Under the pieces are notes generated by a model, which did no database searches, had not been told where the DNA came from, and worked only from the letters and a program-made list of their open reading frames with translations. This document shows, piece after piece, positions 8,162 to 17,895 of a stretch of 64,000 nt of DNA (the stretch's first letter is position 1; the number at the start of each line of letters is the position of its first letter). Position numbers and translations under genes: made by a program. Origin of the DNA: a virus (lineage: Duplodnaviria; Caudoviricetes); IMG/VR virus record IMGVR_UViG_3300020048_000114, positions 6,437 through 70,436 of that record, one strand, 5' to 3'.

Positions 8162-11125
8162 TTAACCATTTGAGAATGCGGCACCTGTAGGCATAACATT
8201 GAAGTCGATGATAACAAATTCGGCAGTCTTTGTTGGTTGAATGTAGATTTGTCCGTAAAGGATATTTCTATCAACCAAGTCAGCTGTGTTATTGGAATCA
8301 TCCATGACGACCTTGAATGCATATAATCCTGATCTCTGTTGAACGGATTGTAAATATGGGTTCACCAAATTCAAGAATTTGTTTCTTGTGACACTTGTAT
8401 TTTGTTCAAATATAAGGTATTTCGATGAACTTGCAATGAACTTCTTCAACGAAATCAACAATCTTCTTACATTGATTCTGTCGAGGGCACTTGGCAATAC
8501 TTGTAGAGTCTTCTGACCCCATACGTTGATGCCTTGGCCTGGGAATGCTGCGATTGGGTTGACACGACCGACATACAAGGTGTCACGGTCTGCGTGGGTC
8601 AATCTGTCAACAACTTGAACAGCTGTTGGGATTCCACCACGATTCAAACCTGCCGGAGCGAACCATTCTGCACCAACTCTGTCGCTCGAAGCATATACAG
8701 CAGGGAGAACAACTGATGGTGGGACAGGAACGATCTTGTTTGTGTTTGTGTCGGTGATCTTTACCCAAGGGTAGTATGTAGCAGCGTAGTTTGTATCAAA
8801 CTGTTCTGCCTTCAATACAACACTGTCGATGGAGGCTGCACCGGCTGGAAGGTTTTGAACCAAATCCATGATGTAGAATACGTCTCCGCGAGTCTCACAC
8901 AATTCAACAGTTCTTGTTACCAAGTATGGGTTGTATGAGTAGTTAACACCAGGCAATACGATCAAGTTAATGTCGAATTCATCAGCGTTGCTCAAAGCGT
9001 TTAGGGCCTGTGAGTATGCGTATGAACCGAGGGATGTGTTGGTCGAACAATTCAAACCTTGTTGGTTTGTTGCGATGATGTCGTCTCCGATCAATACAGG
9101 AACAGAAGGAGATTGACCGTCGAATCCGCCTTGGAATCCAAGAACGAACTTACGTTTCTTAACACTTGTCTGTTCTGTCGATGGAACGAAGGTCGGAACC
9201 AATCCAGCGTCATTTTCCAAGTCGAATGCATCGTTACATGCACTTGAAGCATATCTTGGAATTGGAGCGAAGAACTGTTTGTTGTCCAATTCAGAACCCT
9301 TTGCCGAACCTTGTGGGTAGAGGGATGCCAATTCAGCATCGGCGGTGCCTGGTGCTGGTTGGAATACTACACCTGAAGCATACTTGCCTGGTTGTAGGCT
9401 GTATGTAGATGCGTTGGTGTATGTCATCTTGACGATCTTGCTCAATGTTGAGTAATCGCCACCGATTGGTGAAGCATATGCATCAAATCCGTATGGAACG
9501 GAATTTTCTGGATATGGAACGGTTGTCATTTCGATTCTGATGGTCCTGCTTTGGTTGACGTAATCGCCAAATTCAAGAATCTTTCCATTGTGATCGATGT
9601 ATGTGTATCTGTCACCGATTCTACGAGCAACGAAATCTGCCGAATCAGGATTCAAATTCAAGTTTGTGAATGACTCGACGTAAACAGGTTTTACATCGTT
9701 GTCGGAGTATTGACGAACGTTCAATGTGAAGGTTCCGTATCTGCTTCCAGGAACGGTTCCAGCCAACTTAACGTTGCTGATTTCAATCTTGTATTCTGTG
9801 TTTGCACTTGTTCCATCGGAAAGAGTGTGAACTTTGAACAGATTGTATTTTGTTTCAATTCCACCGTCTCTTGAGACGATTTGTGAATTGATCCAAGGTG
9901 TATAAGCGTTGGTCAAATCGAATGTGGAATCTCCAATATCAGGAGTGATACCATCTTCGAAATCGGTTGTGGTTGTTCCACCAGTCGAGATTTGAATCTT
10001 CCATGATCCACTTGCAATCATTTCTTCCAATACTTCGGAAGTTTTGTATTCGAAGTTCTTGTAAACATAAGCAACTTGTTTCTTTGTTGTTGCCGATACA
10101 GAAACGAATCCTGCATCTGGGTTTGTTCCGAAAACATTCTTCAAGTATGCTGGGCTTTGTGGATCGATTGAGAACGAATATGATCCGTAGCTCGAAGAAA
10201 CAACGGTGTTGGATTCGGTATCCAAGTGAGCTTCCTTCAATTCAATCGAATAGTTCGATGTTAATGAAGAGGTGGTCGATGGAGTCAATACAGAACCGGA
10301 GAATCCATATAGATTTTGTCCTGTGTCAAATGCGGTGTTTGCCAAAACTGCCAAAACAACTTCATTTTCTCCCGAACCTGTTACGATTTCACCACATGCA
10401 TCCAATGTTGGAAGACCTGCTGGTGTCCATGAGGACAAGTCAAACGATCCGTAGTCTCCTGTTACAGAACCGGAGATGTAATATACTGCGTTTCCACACA
10501 AGTTTTGTGAAGTAACCTTTCCGCTAACAGTGATCGAACCAATGTGTGCGATTTGTGGGTTCAATACAACAGCAGAAGACAATGTTCCGCTTACGAATGT
10601 CGAACCGGACATGTGAACTCCTATTAGAGAGCTTGAAATCGTTCCAACTTGAACCTGAGAACCGGAGTATAGACCTGTGTAGAATGTTCCGATCAAAGCA
10701 CCTTGCAACACATTGCTGCCCGATGTGAATGTTGCGTAAACAACTGAACCGCTGATTGATCCTGATTCTGTGAATCTATCATATTGGCCTGGGATAGCAC
10801 TGATGATAACTGGGTCTTTCTGTTGATATCCTGCCAATCCACCAACACGAACTACGGTCACAATGCCTTGTTCTTTCAAATACTGTTGAGCAGTAAAAGG
10901 AGCATATAGAGTTCCGTCAGGAGCACCGAAAATTGCTTCTAAGTCGCCTTGTGTGCGAACTGTTGTTGGTGTGAAACCAGGGCCTTTTGCGAATGGACCT
11001 ACGATTGCACCTCCGATTGCCTCGATACCTTGAGCGAGGAACGATTGATCGAGTTCACGGGTGAAAACACCTGCGGACACGATACGATTTGATGGGGTGA
11101 ATGTTCCCCCTTGTTGAATTGGCAT
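8162..11125 (-). CDS. Contractile tail sheath protein (T4 gp18-like)
   Basis: N-terminal IVSAGVFTRELDQS and AIVGPFAKGP. C-terminal YYPWV, WFAPAGLNRG, VWGQKTLQ..SALDRINVRRLL. Start refined to MPIQQ at 11125. Confidence 0.95.
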   Translation of the reverse strand: MPIQQGGTFTPSNRIVSAGVFTRELDQSFLAQGIEAIGGAIVGPFAKGPGFTPTTVRTQGDLEAIFGAPDGTLYAPFTAQQYLKEQGIVTVVRVGGLAGYQQKDPVIISAIPGQYDRFTESGSISGSVVYATFTSGSNVLQGALIGTFYTGLYSGSQVQVGTISSSLIGVHMSGSTFVSGTLSSAVVLNPQIAHIGSITVSGKVTSQNLCGNAVYYISGSVTGDYGSFDLSSWTPAGLPTLDACGEIVTGSGENEVVLAVLANTAFDTGQNLYGFSGSVLTPSTTSSLTSNYSIELKEAHLDTESNTVVSSSYGSYSFSIDPQSPAYLKNVFGTNPDAGFVSVSATTKKQVAYVYKNFEYKTSEVLEEMIASGSWKIQISTGGTTTTDFEDGITPDIGDSTFDLTNAYTPWINSQIVSRDGGIETKYNLFKVHTLSDGTSANTEYKIEISNVKLAGTVPGSRYGTFTLNVRQYSDNDVKPVYVESFTNLNLNPDSADFVARRIGDRYTYIDHNGKILEFGDYVNQSRTIRIEMTTVPYPENSVPYGFDAYASPIGGDYSTLSKIVKMTYTNASTYSLQPGKYASGVVFQPAPGTADAELASLYPQGSAKGSELDNKQFFAPIPRYASSACNDAFDLENDAGLVPTFVPSTEQTSVKKRKFVLGFQGGFDGQSPSVPVLIGDDIIATNQQGLNCSTNTSLGSYAYSQALNALSNADEFDINLIVLPGVNYSYNPYLVTRTVELCETRGDVFYIMDLVQNLPAGAASIDSVVLKAEQFDTNYAATYYPWVKITDTNTNKIVPVPPSVVLPAVYASSDRVGAEWFAPAGLNRGGIPTAVQVVDRLTHADRDTLYVGRVNPIAAFPGQGINVWGQKTLQVLPSALDRINVRRLLISLKKFIASSSKYLIFEQNTSVTRNKFLNLVNPYLQSVQQRSGLYAFKVVMDDSNNTADLVDRNILYGQIYIQPTKTAEFVIIDFNVMPTGAAFSNG

Positions 11126-11139
11126 GGCTTTATTTCCTT

Positions 11140-11832
11140 TTATGTTGTAATGCACGTATTGTGCAATTTGTTGATTGGTTTGTTATGATCTGTTTTTCTA
11201 TACACATCAATAAATTTTTTATCCGTTGAATTATATCTCCGAAATGCGGTTGGATTGAGAAAATTTATTATTTTATTTTCTCGTTGTTTATCCAGAATTT
11301 TTCTATTTGGTTTATTGTGATATTTACTGTCATATTCAATAACCACGTTTCTTTCCGAATCATATCCATCTAAATAAAACAAATCATTAAAAATTTTTAT
11401 TTGATGGTTTATCTCGAAGTTGAAACCTATTGAATTCCACTTATTTATCAATTCTATTTGCCCATGATCCGTTTTCACCTTTATCCACTTTGATCTATGT
11501 AATGCATTTATATGACGTTCTCTAACATCTGGTCTATGCATAGAAATTTTCACAATTTTTCCGGTCTTTAGTCTTTCATCATTGTTTAAATAACGATTTT
11601 TTTGCGAAATCGACATGTTATCTCTGATCGATTTTGATAATTTTTTTCCGATATGCGTTCCAACTTTTGAACATTTGTTGCATTTCATTGTGGATGCCAA
11701 TGATCTTCTTACACTTTCTCTGGTTCGTATAACTCTGACTTCTTTACATGATGGGCATATGAGTCCATGACCATTCTCAATAACCTTTACGGTTCCATTG
11801 ATGATTGCATTTTTGACTACATTTTCCCTCAT
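11140..11832 (-). mobile_element. Free-standing Vsr/DUF559-like (EDxHD-type) homing endonuclease with Zn ribbon and NUMOD3-like segment
   Basis: CPSC..CNKC, LSKSIRDNMSISQK, FYLDGYDSERNVVIEYDSKYH. Confidence 0.75.
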
Positions 11833-11854
11833 TAAATATAAGTATAAATAAAAA

Positions 11855-11900
11855 ATTCCAAAATCTTTTTAATTTTTTAAACACTTAAAGATTTTGGAAT
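11855..11900. terminator. 14-bp inverted repeat (terminator or operator) between the 94-aa gene and the endonuclease promoter
   Basis: attccaaaatcttt-18 nt-aaagattttggaat. Confidence 0.55.
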
Positions 11901-11906
11901 GTGTAT

Positions 11907-12191
11907 TTACTTCGTTTCTGTTGGTGTGAAGGTTCCGTCTTTCAATGAAAGATTTCCCTCACCATATTTTGATAGGATTGTGTCGATGTGATTTTTCTCT
12001 GCAATCTGCGTGTCCTCATACAATTTTGTTAGAACATCCTCTTTTTCTCTCAGAGAATCGACGGCTTTATTTAGATGAATTTTTTCCAGATGGAGTTCAC
12101 CAAATTTCATCAAAACTTGATTGTATGTTGCACTTATTTCTTTGAACTTTTGAAGTTCTTCGTCTGCTAATTTTACAGTTGTATTACTCAT
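11907..12191 (-). CDS. Small coiled-coil hypothetical protein
   Basis: 94-aa helical ORF preceded by a conserved TATATATA-type upstream motif. Confidence 0.65.
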   Translation of the reverse strand: MSNTTVKLADEELQKFKEISATYNQVLMKFGELHLEKIHLNKAVDSLREKEDVLTKLYEDTQIAEKNHIDTILSKYGEGNLSLKDGTFTPTETK

Positions 12192-12363
12192 ATATGTATA
12201 TATATGGAATATTTTACCAAAATCTTATATAATTACGGTATATCCTTTGGATTCTGCTATTGAAACATCACAATCTGCCGATCCTGGATTGTTTGAGAAA
12301 TCAAGAGTTGCATCACCCTCTAATATAGCATTCATTATTGAATTTAGGGCGTCTGCGTCAAAA

Positions 12364-12561
12364 TTACAATTGTTCATATTCTCTTGGGTTTGGTTCATAA
12401 TAAACTCCCTCATATGTTTTCCATTGTTGTCCCTTTACCGTGATTTTGTATTCATAGTATCTTCTTCCGAATAACGATCCTTGTGGTAATGCAACAAAAC
12501 CGTTTGGCTCCCCTTTAAAGGTGCCCTTTCGCATGGTGGTGTTATTGATTATCGGATTCAT
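12364..12561 (-). CDS. Small hypothetical protein
   Basis: 65-aa ORF whose start overlaps the gp15-like stop. Confidence 0.4.
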   Translation of the reverse strand: MNPIINNTTMRKGTFKGEPNGFVALPQGSLFGRRYYEYKITVKGQQWKTYEGVYYEPNPREYEQL

Positions 12562-13457
12562 TTTCTTACTCTATTTTTGTTTGGATCAACGAATCTGATG
12601 TCCAGATTGTTTTGGCTGGTGGGTGTAGGAGGAAATTCAGAAGATGATATTTTTGGTTCCTCTCCTATAACCAGTTTACGTGGGTTCAATCTTCTTATGG
12701 TTGTTGGAGTGCCATCCTCATAGAATTCGGGCAATAGTCTTCCGTAAACAGTTATTGAAAATGTTGTTCTAACAAGTCTTTCCTGGTCAACATTAACTTC
12801 TGTTTGGTTATTATAGTCATTAATTTCTGTCCTGAATCTATATCTTTTTTTATCTCCCCAATAATCATGTGTGGCAAAATTAATCTTCTCAATTATTTTG
12901 TTCATCTGTGTTATCTTATTGGTCCACGCAATACAGTCGTATATGATTACAACTTTATCTGGCATAACAATGTTATATACTTCTTTTGTAGGTGGTTCCA
13001 GTTGTTTGTTTAGAATATTGAATCTATCATACTTGTTTTTTGCACTATATTTCTGTTGAATCTGATATGTTATAAATCTATTTGCCGTCAGCGGTTCTTC
13101 ATTTGAAACGGATATTCTATTCAACGCTATCACAGGTCTCATAATTTTTCCGTTCTGGTCACGGATATACCCATCTTTTTGTGCAGACTTCCATCTTTCA
13201 GGGTTGGCAGCAATAATTGGAACTTTTACTATCTCTCCATTTTCCGTTACTTCCGGTTGTATATAATTTTGGAGATGTTCGAAAATTGTAGTGTCGATAT
13301 CCAAAAGATCGATTTTATAATTTTTAAATGTATCTTGATCTCTTCTTACCTGTTCTTCACGTTTGACATCGATGTCACCGTTGGCAACGGATTGATCGTT
13401 GCTTACGTTATTTGGAGGTGAAACCTTTGGTGGTGTTGTTGGTCCTTTCCAAGCCAT
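12558..13457 (-). CDS. Tail completion/terminator protein (T4 gp15-like)
   Basis: VPIIAANPERW..AQKDGYIRD...RPVIALNR, VIIYDCIAWT..ITQMNKIIE; lies in neck/tail context. Confidence 0.7.
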   Translation of the reverse strand: MAWKGPTTPPKVSPPNNVSNDQSVANGDIDVKREEQVRRDQDTFKNYKIDLLDIDTTIFEHLQNYIQPEVTENGEIVKVPIIAANPERWKSAQKDGYIRDQNGKIMRPVIALNRISVSNEEPLTANRFITYQIQQKYSAKNKYDRFNILNKQLEPPTKEVYNIVMPDKVVIIYDCIAWTNKITQMNKIIEKINFATHDYWGDKKRYRFRTEINDYNNQTEVNVDQERLVRTTFSITVYGRLLPEFYEDGTPTTIRRLNPRKLVIGEEPKISSSEFPPTPTSQNNLDIRFVDPNKNRVRK

Positions 13458-13461
13458 AAGA

Positions 13462-13941
13462 TTATTGTGTTGGTCTTTCGACGATGTTTAGATTTGCGAC
13501 ATCACTGTAAACGGTGTTACATATGATTGAATGTGATTTGTCGGCCTGTCCTCCGAGCAATTGTTCTTGGACAACATTGTCTATTTCAAAATATTTATCA
13601 TTCCACAAAATGTAGTCTCCGCTTTGGGGATAAAACTGTAATCTCTCCAACTCAGCTTCCAGGAATTTAAATATGATGTTTTGACTTCTATCAGGACCAA
13701 AATTTTCGGAAGCAGTCTGCATGTCAGGACGTTCAGCTAAGTTTGATATATCAACACCTGCATAGAAAAGTTTTTCTGTGTTTTCGTCTGTTTCTCCGTA
13801 AATATTAGTCTTTGTTTCAGTTGCAATTTTGAACAGTGTCACAATGTTCTCAATTACGTCGTCCAACAATTCATTGTTTATGCTTCGAATGAATCGAATG
13901 TCTCTTGGAGAGAAAAATTTTCCTCGGTTTAATGATGCCAT
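13462..13941 (-). CDS. Neck/head-closure protein (T4 gp14-like)
   Basis: NIYGE, FYPQSGDYILWNDKYFEIDNV; adjacent to the gp15-like gene. Confidence 0.7.
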   Translation of the reverse strand: MASLNRGKFFSPRDIRFIRSINNELLDDVIENIVTLFKIATETKTNIYGETDENTEKLFYAGVDISNLAERPDMQTASENFGPDRSQNIIFKFLEAELERLQFYPQSGDYILWNDKYFEIDNVVQEQLLGGQADKSHSIICNTVYSDVANLNIVERPTQ

Positions 13942-16900
13942 TACAATAAATATTGGAAATATGATTTATATTTGATTTGTTCTTCAAATAGTGGTTCGTC
14001 AAGATCAGGCACAGGTGCAGGAGGATTCTCAGACAAATCTTTCTCTATTATAGCAGCAAGTTCTGGATAAACTTCTTTTGTTTTATCAACGCCAAATCTA
14101 TTGGTTAAGACTCCCCACACTCCCTTTGCAGATTCAATTCCTCCGCTTGCAGCAAGATCAACCATAGCTTTCGGATAGTCGCTCGTTTTCTTTCCAATCC
14201 CTCTTGTATATGACACTCTGAATATGGCGAATAAACATGAATTTGCTTTATTAGGGGTGTTCCATAATGCAGGAGGAATTTCGGAGACGTTATCTATAAC
14301 CCTCTCGTTTATCAGATGATATACAACTTCACTTGGTTCTTTTACATTTTCAAAAGATTTTGGAGGGAACTGCGTCAGTGATGTTCTTGCATGTTCTCTT
14401 GTCCAAACGATATAATTTTCTAAATATTTGTCTGGTTTTTCTTCTATTCTTTGTCTTAGTATTGGGTCAAAATCATTTGGAAGTTTATACTTTTCAACGT
14501 ATGCACGCATAATATTCAAACCGGAATCAACTATAGACGTTGCCTTTTCCATCAAAACCGGAGGAATAATAAGTTCTGGCATATTTTCTTTTATGATCGA
14601 CACAACCGCTATCGAAGAATCATATTCATCCTCCAACAAGAAATTTAATATAATCTGTGGAACGGGCTGTTGTTTTTCTAAGAAATATAACATCAGTTTT
14701 GATATACTGGTTGGGTTGTTTTCCAGTTTTTGAAAATATATATCAGGTATATTCTGTGGAGGTATGTTGTTTTGTTTACATATCTCAGCGAGAACTCTTC
14801 CACTGATCGATGTGAATTTTTCGACGGGAATGTTCTCAAGTGACATGCCAGATTTGACAAAAATTCTCAGAGCCGAACTTGGTGTCCTTGTTATTATATT
14901 CTCTATGATGTTTTGAGGGAAGTCGCTTATCTTCGATCCATTCTTCATAGCAAATTCTATGAAGGCTGATATTTCATGTGCATCCTCGGACATTTTTAAT
15001 ATCAGCGATTCTGGAATATTTATAAGTGGTATTCCGTCTTCGATCATATAAAATGAAACGATTCTCGATGTTCCTGCATCTCCCGATTTCGGACTCGACA
15101 CTGCATTTATCATAGTTGATATCGATGGGATATCAAATATTTTTAACTTTTTCTTTTCTCTAAAAAAATCAATATATTTATACGCAGTATAACTGTTCAT
15201 TTTCTCGGTGACAGTTCTTTCCAACCACTCGGTCGGAATTTTTGTCATGTTGGAGTTCATCATTCCCGATACAATATTTGTAAGTGTTATGATAGGAAAC
15301 GTGTCAAATGCTTTTACGAGACGGGGATTAATTTCCTGTCTGTCATTCTTTGTGTTCTTCATCAAGATTTTAACATAGTAGTTAGTATCTTTTACATGAG
15401 TTCTGGTAGGGTCATGTGGATCACTTTTAACAAAACTATTTTTTATAGTGTTGATATGTTTGAACCCCTTTGGAGAAAAGAACACTGCCTGCATTGGTTC
15501 GTTGCTGTGGATAATACCTTTACCTGATTTATCTGCTGCACCGTATATTCCCAATTTTTCAAATATGACTCTCCATTTTTTAGGAGCGGTTGTTCTTGAA
15601 CTCCACGTATCGCCTGTCAAAAATATTGCTGCCATTCTGGTGACATTCCACAATTTAGTTCCATAATCACTTAGCTTTGCGTCTTGTTCCCATTTGTCTA
15701 TGAGAAACCTCTTGATATCATGAGTATCCCATTTTCTGTCTCCCGAGGAAGTAAATGATTTCCTCTTGCTTTCAGGAGCATCCTCGAAAATCATTTCCAC
15801 GCACATGTTCATGTATTTAACATAATCAGACCCGGACAACTTAGAAATATCGTTAATGAAATGGTCCGAGCTCTGTTTGAGAACCTGTATATATGGACGT
15901 TCTGATGCAAATGGAAATGTATTTTCATCGACATGATTCCAGGCTTCTTTCAAAGGATATGCGTAGATTCCAAATGGTGTATCGAACTTGGTATTGTAAT
16001 TGAATCTCAAATCTTCCAAGTTGGTGAATGATATGTATATGGATGGATCATCTTTATATTTTGATAATGCAGCTATATTATGAAGCTTGGGATTTTTTTC
16101 TGGATGTGATCTAGCTTCGTCAACAATGGATTCCGTTATCATTTTTTTGATAAACGTTGACACCAAGGATGGAACTTTAATATGGGAATTGCTTAAAATA
16201 TTTCCATAAAATTGTTTATTTGCAACAAAGAATTTTTTCATGTCTCCCATTTGATCGTCGTGTATATCTATCGATCCATCGGAATTCATTTTTACGTCTT
16301 CATATTGACTGGTAATCATCGGAAGCATCAACTTCATCATCCATACAGGAGGTGTTATAAATCCTTTTTTAACAAGTAGTTTTCTTATATCTTCTGTAAC
16401 AACTCCCCATATTGGAAGATTTGAATTCATCATCTCGGAGAATGCCTTCAACTTGGTTTTCGGTTCACCTGCAACGGCAACCAATTTATAATTTCCACTT
16501 TTCTGTTTTCTCAAAGCGACGAATCCGGTTGGTTCTCCAATAAACGTCCAATTTCTTACTCGGTCGTCAAATCTTTCTCTATCCCAAGATTTTCCTGTTG
16601 CTGATATATATTGTTTTTGAAAGACATTAAATAGTTGATCGTTATCGACATCTTGACTGTGAAATATTCTTTCCTGTATTTGATTTGTGTTTTTTAATAA
16701 CATATCCAAAAGGATTTTATTAACGATCAAATATTTCTTGTTGAGACCCACTTGTGAGTCTCCGATAGAAAACGATCCATCGTCGTTTTGTTTTAGATGT
16801 TTGTATTTTTCTTCCAATTCCGGCAAGATTTTTCCTGATATTTCCTTCGGTGCTTCTACAAATCCTCTTTTCATGAGGGATTTTTTTGCGTTATCATCCG

Positions 16901-17186
16901 ATAGAGTCCAGATGGGTATATTTAAAGAATTTAATTCATCGAAAGCTTTTATTTTGTCACGAACGTTTCCTGCCATCGCAACCAATTTATTATACCCATT
17001 GTTTTGTTTTTTGTATGCCAGAAATCCCTCTGGTTCACCGACAAAAACCCAATTTTTTATTTTGTTGAAAAATTTATCTCTATTCCACGATTTTCCTGTT
17101 GCAGAAACATACTGATTGTAGAAGACATCAAACAGTTTATTTTGATCTTCATCCTTGGCGTGGAATATTCTTTCATCTAATGACAT
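13941..17186 (-). CDS. Large multidomain protein (1081 aa) with a duplicated ~167-aa N-terminal domain and helical C-terminal repeats
   Basis: RIFH...SATGKSW...NW.F.GEP.GF occurs twice. The third domain starts after ITESIVDE. Confidence 0.7.
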   Translation of the reverse strand: MSLDERIFHAKDEDQNKLFDVFYNQYVSATGKSWNRDKFFNKIKNWVFVGEPEGFLAYKKQNNGYNKLVAMAGNVRDKIKAFDELNSLNIPIWTLSDDNAKKSLMKRGFVEAPKEISGKILPELEEKYKHLKQNDDGSFSIGDSQVGLNKKYLIVNKILLDMLLKNTNQIQERIFHSQDVDNDQLFNVFQKQYISATGKSWDRERFDDRVRNWTFIGEPTGFVALRKQKSGNYKLVAVAGEPKTKLKAFSEMMNSNLPIWGVVTEDIRKLLVKKGFITPPVWMMKLMLPMITSQYEDVKMNSDGSIDIHDDQMGDMKKFFVANKQFYGNILSNSHIKVPSLVSTFIKKMITESIVDEARSHPEKNPKLHNIAALSKYKDDPSIYISFTNLEDLRFNYNTKFDTPFGIYAYPLKEAWNHVDENTFPFASERPYIQVLKQSSDHFINDISKLSGSDYVKYMNMCVEMIFEDAPESKRKSFTSSGDRKWDTHDIKRFLIDKWEQDAKLSDYGTKLWNVTRMAAIFLTGDTWSSRTTAPKKWRVIFEKLGIYGAADKSGKGIIHSNEPMQAVFFSPKGFKHINTIKNSFVKSDPHDPTRTHVKDTNYYVKILMKNTKNDRQEINPRLVKAFDTFPIITLTNIVSGMMNSNMTKIPTEWLERTVTEKMNSYTAYKYIDFFREKKKLKIFDIPSISTMINAVSSPKSGDAGTSRIVSFYMIEDGIPLINIPESLILKMSEDAHEISAFIEFAMKNGSKISDFPQNIIENIITRTPSSALRIFVKSGMSLENIPVEKFTSISGRVLAEICKQNNIPPQNIPDIYFQKLENNPTSISKLMLYFLEKQQPVPQIILNFLLEDEYDSSIAVVSIIKENMPELIIPPVLMEKATSIVDSGLNIMRAYVEKYKLPNDFDPILRQRIEEKPDKYLENYIVWTREHARTSLTQFPPKSFENVKEPSEVVYHLINERVIDNVSEIPPALWNTPNKANSCLFAIFRVSYTRGIGKKTSDYPKAMVDLAASGGIESAKGVWGVLTNRFGVDKTKEVYPELAAIIEKDLSENPPAPVPDLDEPLFEEQIKYKSYFQYLL

Positions 17187-17219
17187 AAGTTATAAATATG
17201 GAGAATATTCCAAAAGGAC

Positions 17220-17248
17220 TTGACTTTTTTAAATTCATCACCCATATT
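17220..17248 (+). promoter_or_regulatory. Sigma70-like promoter
   Basis: TTGACT-17 nt-CATATT, upstream of the ORF at 17284. Confidence 0.5.
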
Positions 17249-17283
17249 CGAGTCTCTTAATAATAAGAAATTACAAATAAATT

Positions 17284-17553
17284 ATGTCACACATTACTAT
17301 GTTTCCATCCACTCGCAAAAAGTGGAACAAGAGAATGATCGAGCACATTCGTGCGATTCATCCCCGTCCAACTTACCTCGACAAGGTTGAGGTAAAAAAT
17401 GAAAAGACCGGAAAACTCGAAACCAAGATGGTTCGAAAGGTTCTGTCCGATAGTGACATATCAAAGCTGGTCAAGAGTAATTACAATCTGTCTCCGGATA
17501 AACCATCCAAGTCGGTTGTTGTGACTCCAACGGCTGATGTTGGAACTGAATAA
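17284..17553 (+). CDS. Hypothetical basic protein
   Basis: 89-aa ORF between the promoter and a terminator. Confidence 0.65.
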   Translation: MSHITMFPSTRKKWNKRMIEHIRAIHPRPTYLDKVEVKNEKTGKLETKMVRKVLSDSDISKLVKSNYNLSPDKPSKSVVVTPTADVGTE

Positions 17554-17563
17554 TAACAAAAAT

Positions 17564-17590
17564 ACCGGAGAGAAATCTCCGGTTTATTTT
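17564..17590 (+). terminator. Rho-independent terminator
   Basis: accggaga-gaaa-tctccggt followed by a T-rich run. Confidence 0.8.
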
Positions 17591-17592
17591 TT

Positions 17593-17859
17593 ATGAAAAA
17601 AGGAAATTTTGTATCTCTTAAAAAAACAGAATCGGTGACAGAACAATCCGGTGCTCTTGTTGATGGTTATAATTTAAAAGGTTATCTTATCAACGACATT
17701 TGTGTTGGAGAAAAAATTGAGGTAATTAGAACAGAACGAAACGGAGAAGAAGTGACAGGTTGGTTTGAATCTTCGAATATTGAAAGTATATCCGGAAACG
17801 TCATAAAGACAAACAATTCATGTTGGGAAATTGAAAATATACTTTCGGAAGAAAAATAA
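17593..17859 (+). CDS. Hypothetical protein
   Basis: 88-aa ORF convergent with the neck gene. Confidence 0.55.
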   Translation: MKKGNFVSLKKTESVTEQSGALVDGYNLKGYLINDICVGEKIEVIRTERNGEEVTGWFESSNIESISGNVIKTNNSCWEIENILSEEK

Positions 17860-17895
17860 ATGTTTAATTCTATCTCCATGTTTATAATCATGATC

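Noticed and set aside
12225-12413. 62-aa ORF as a confident gene
   Set aside because: It overlaps the neighbouring small ORF and has no motif; it could be real but cannot be supported.
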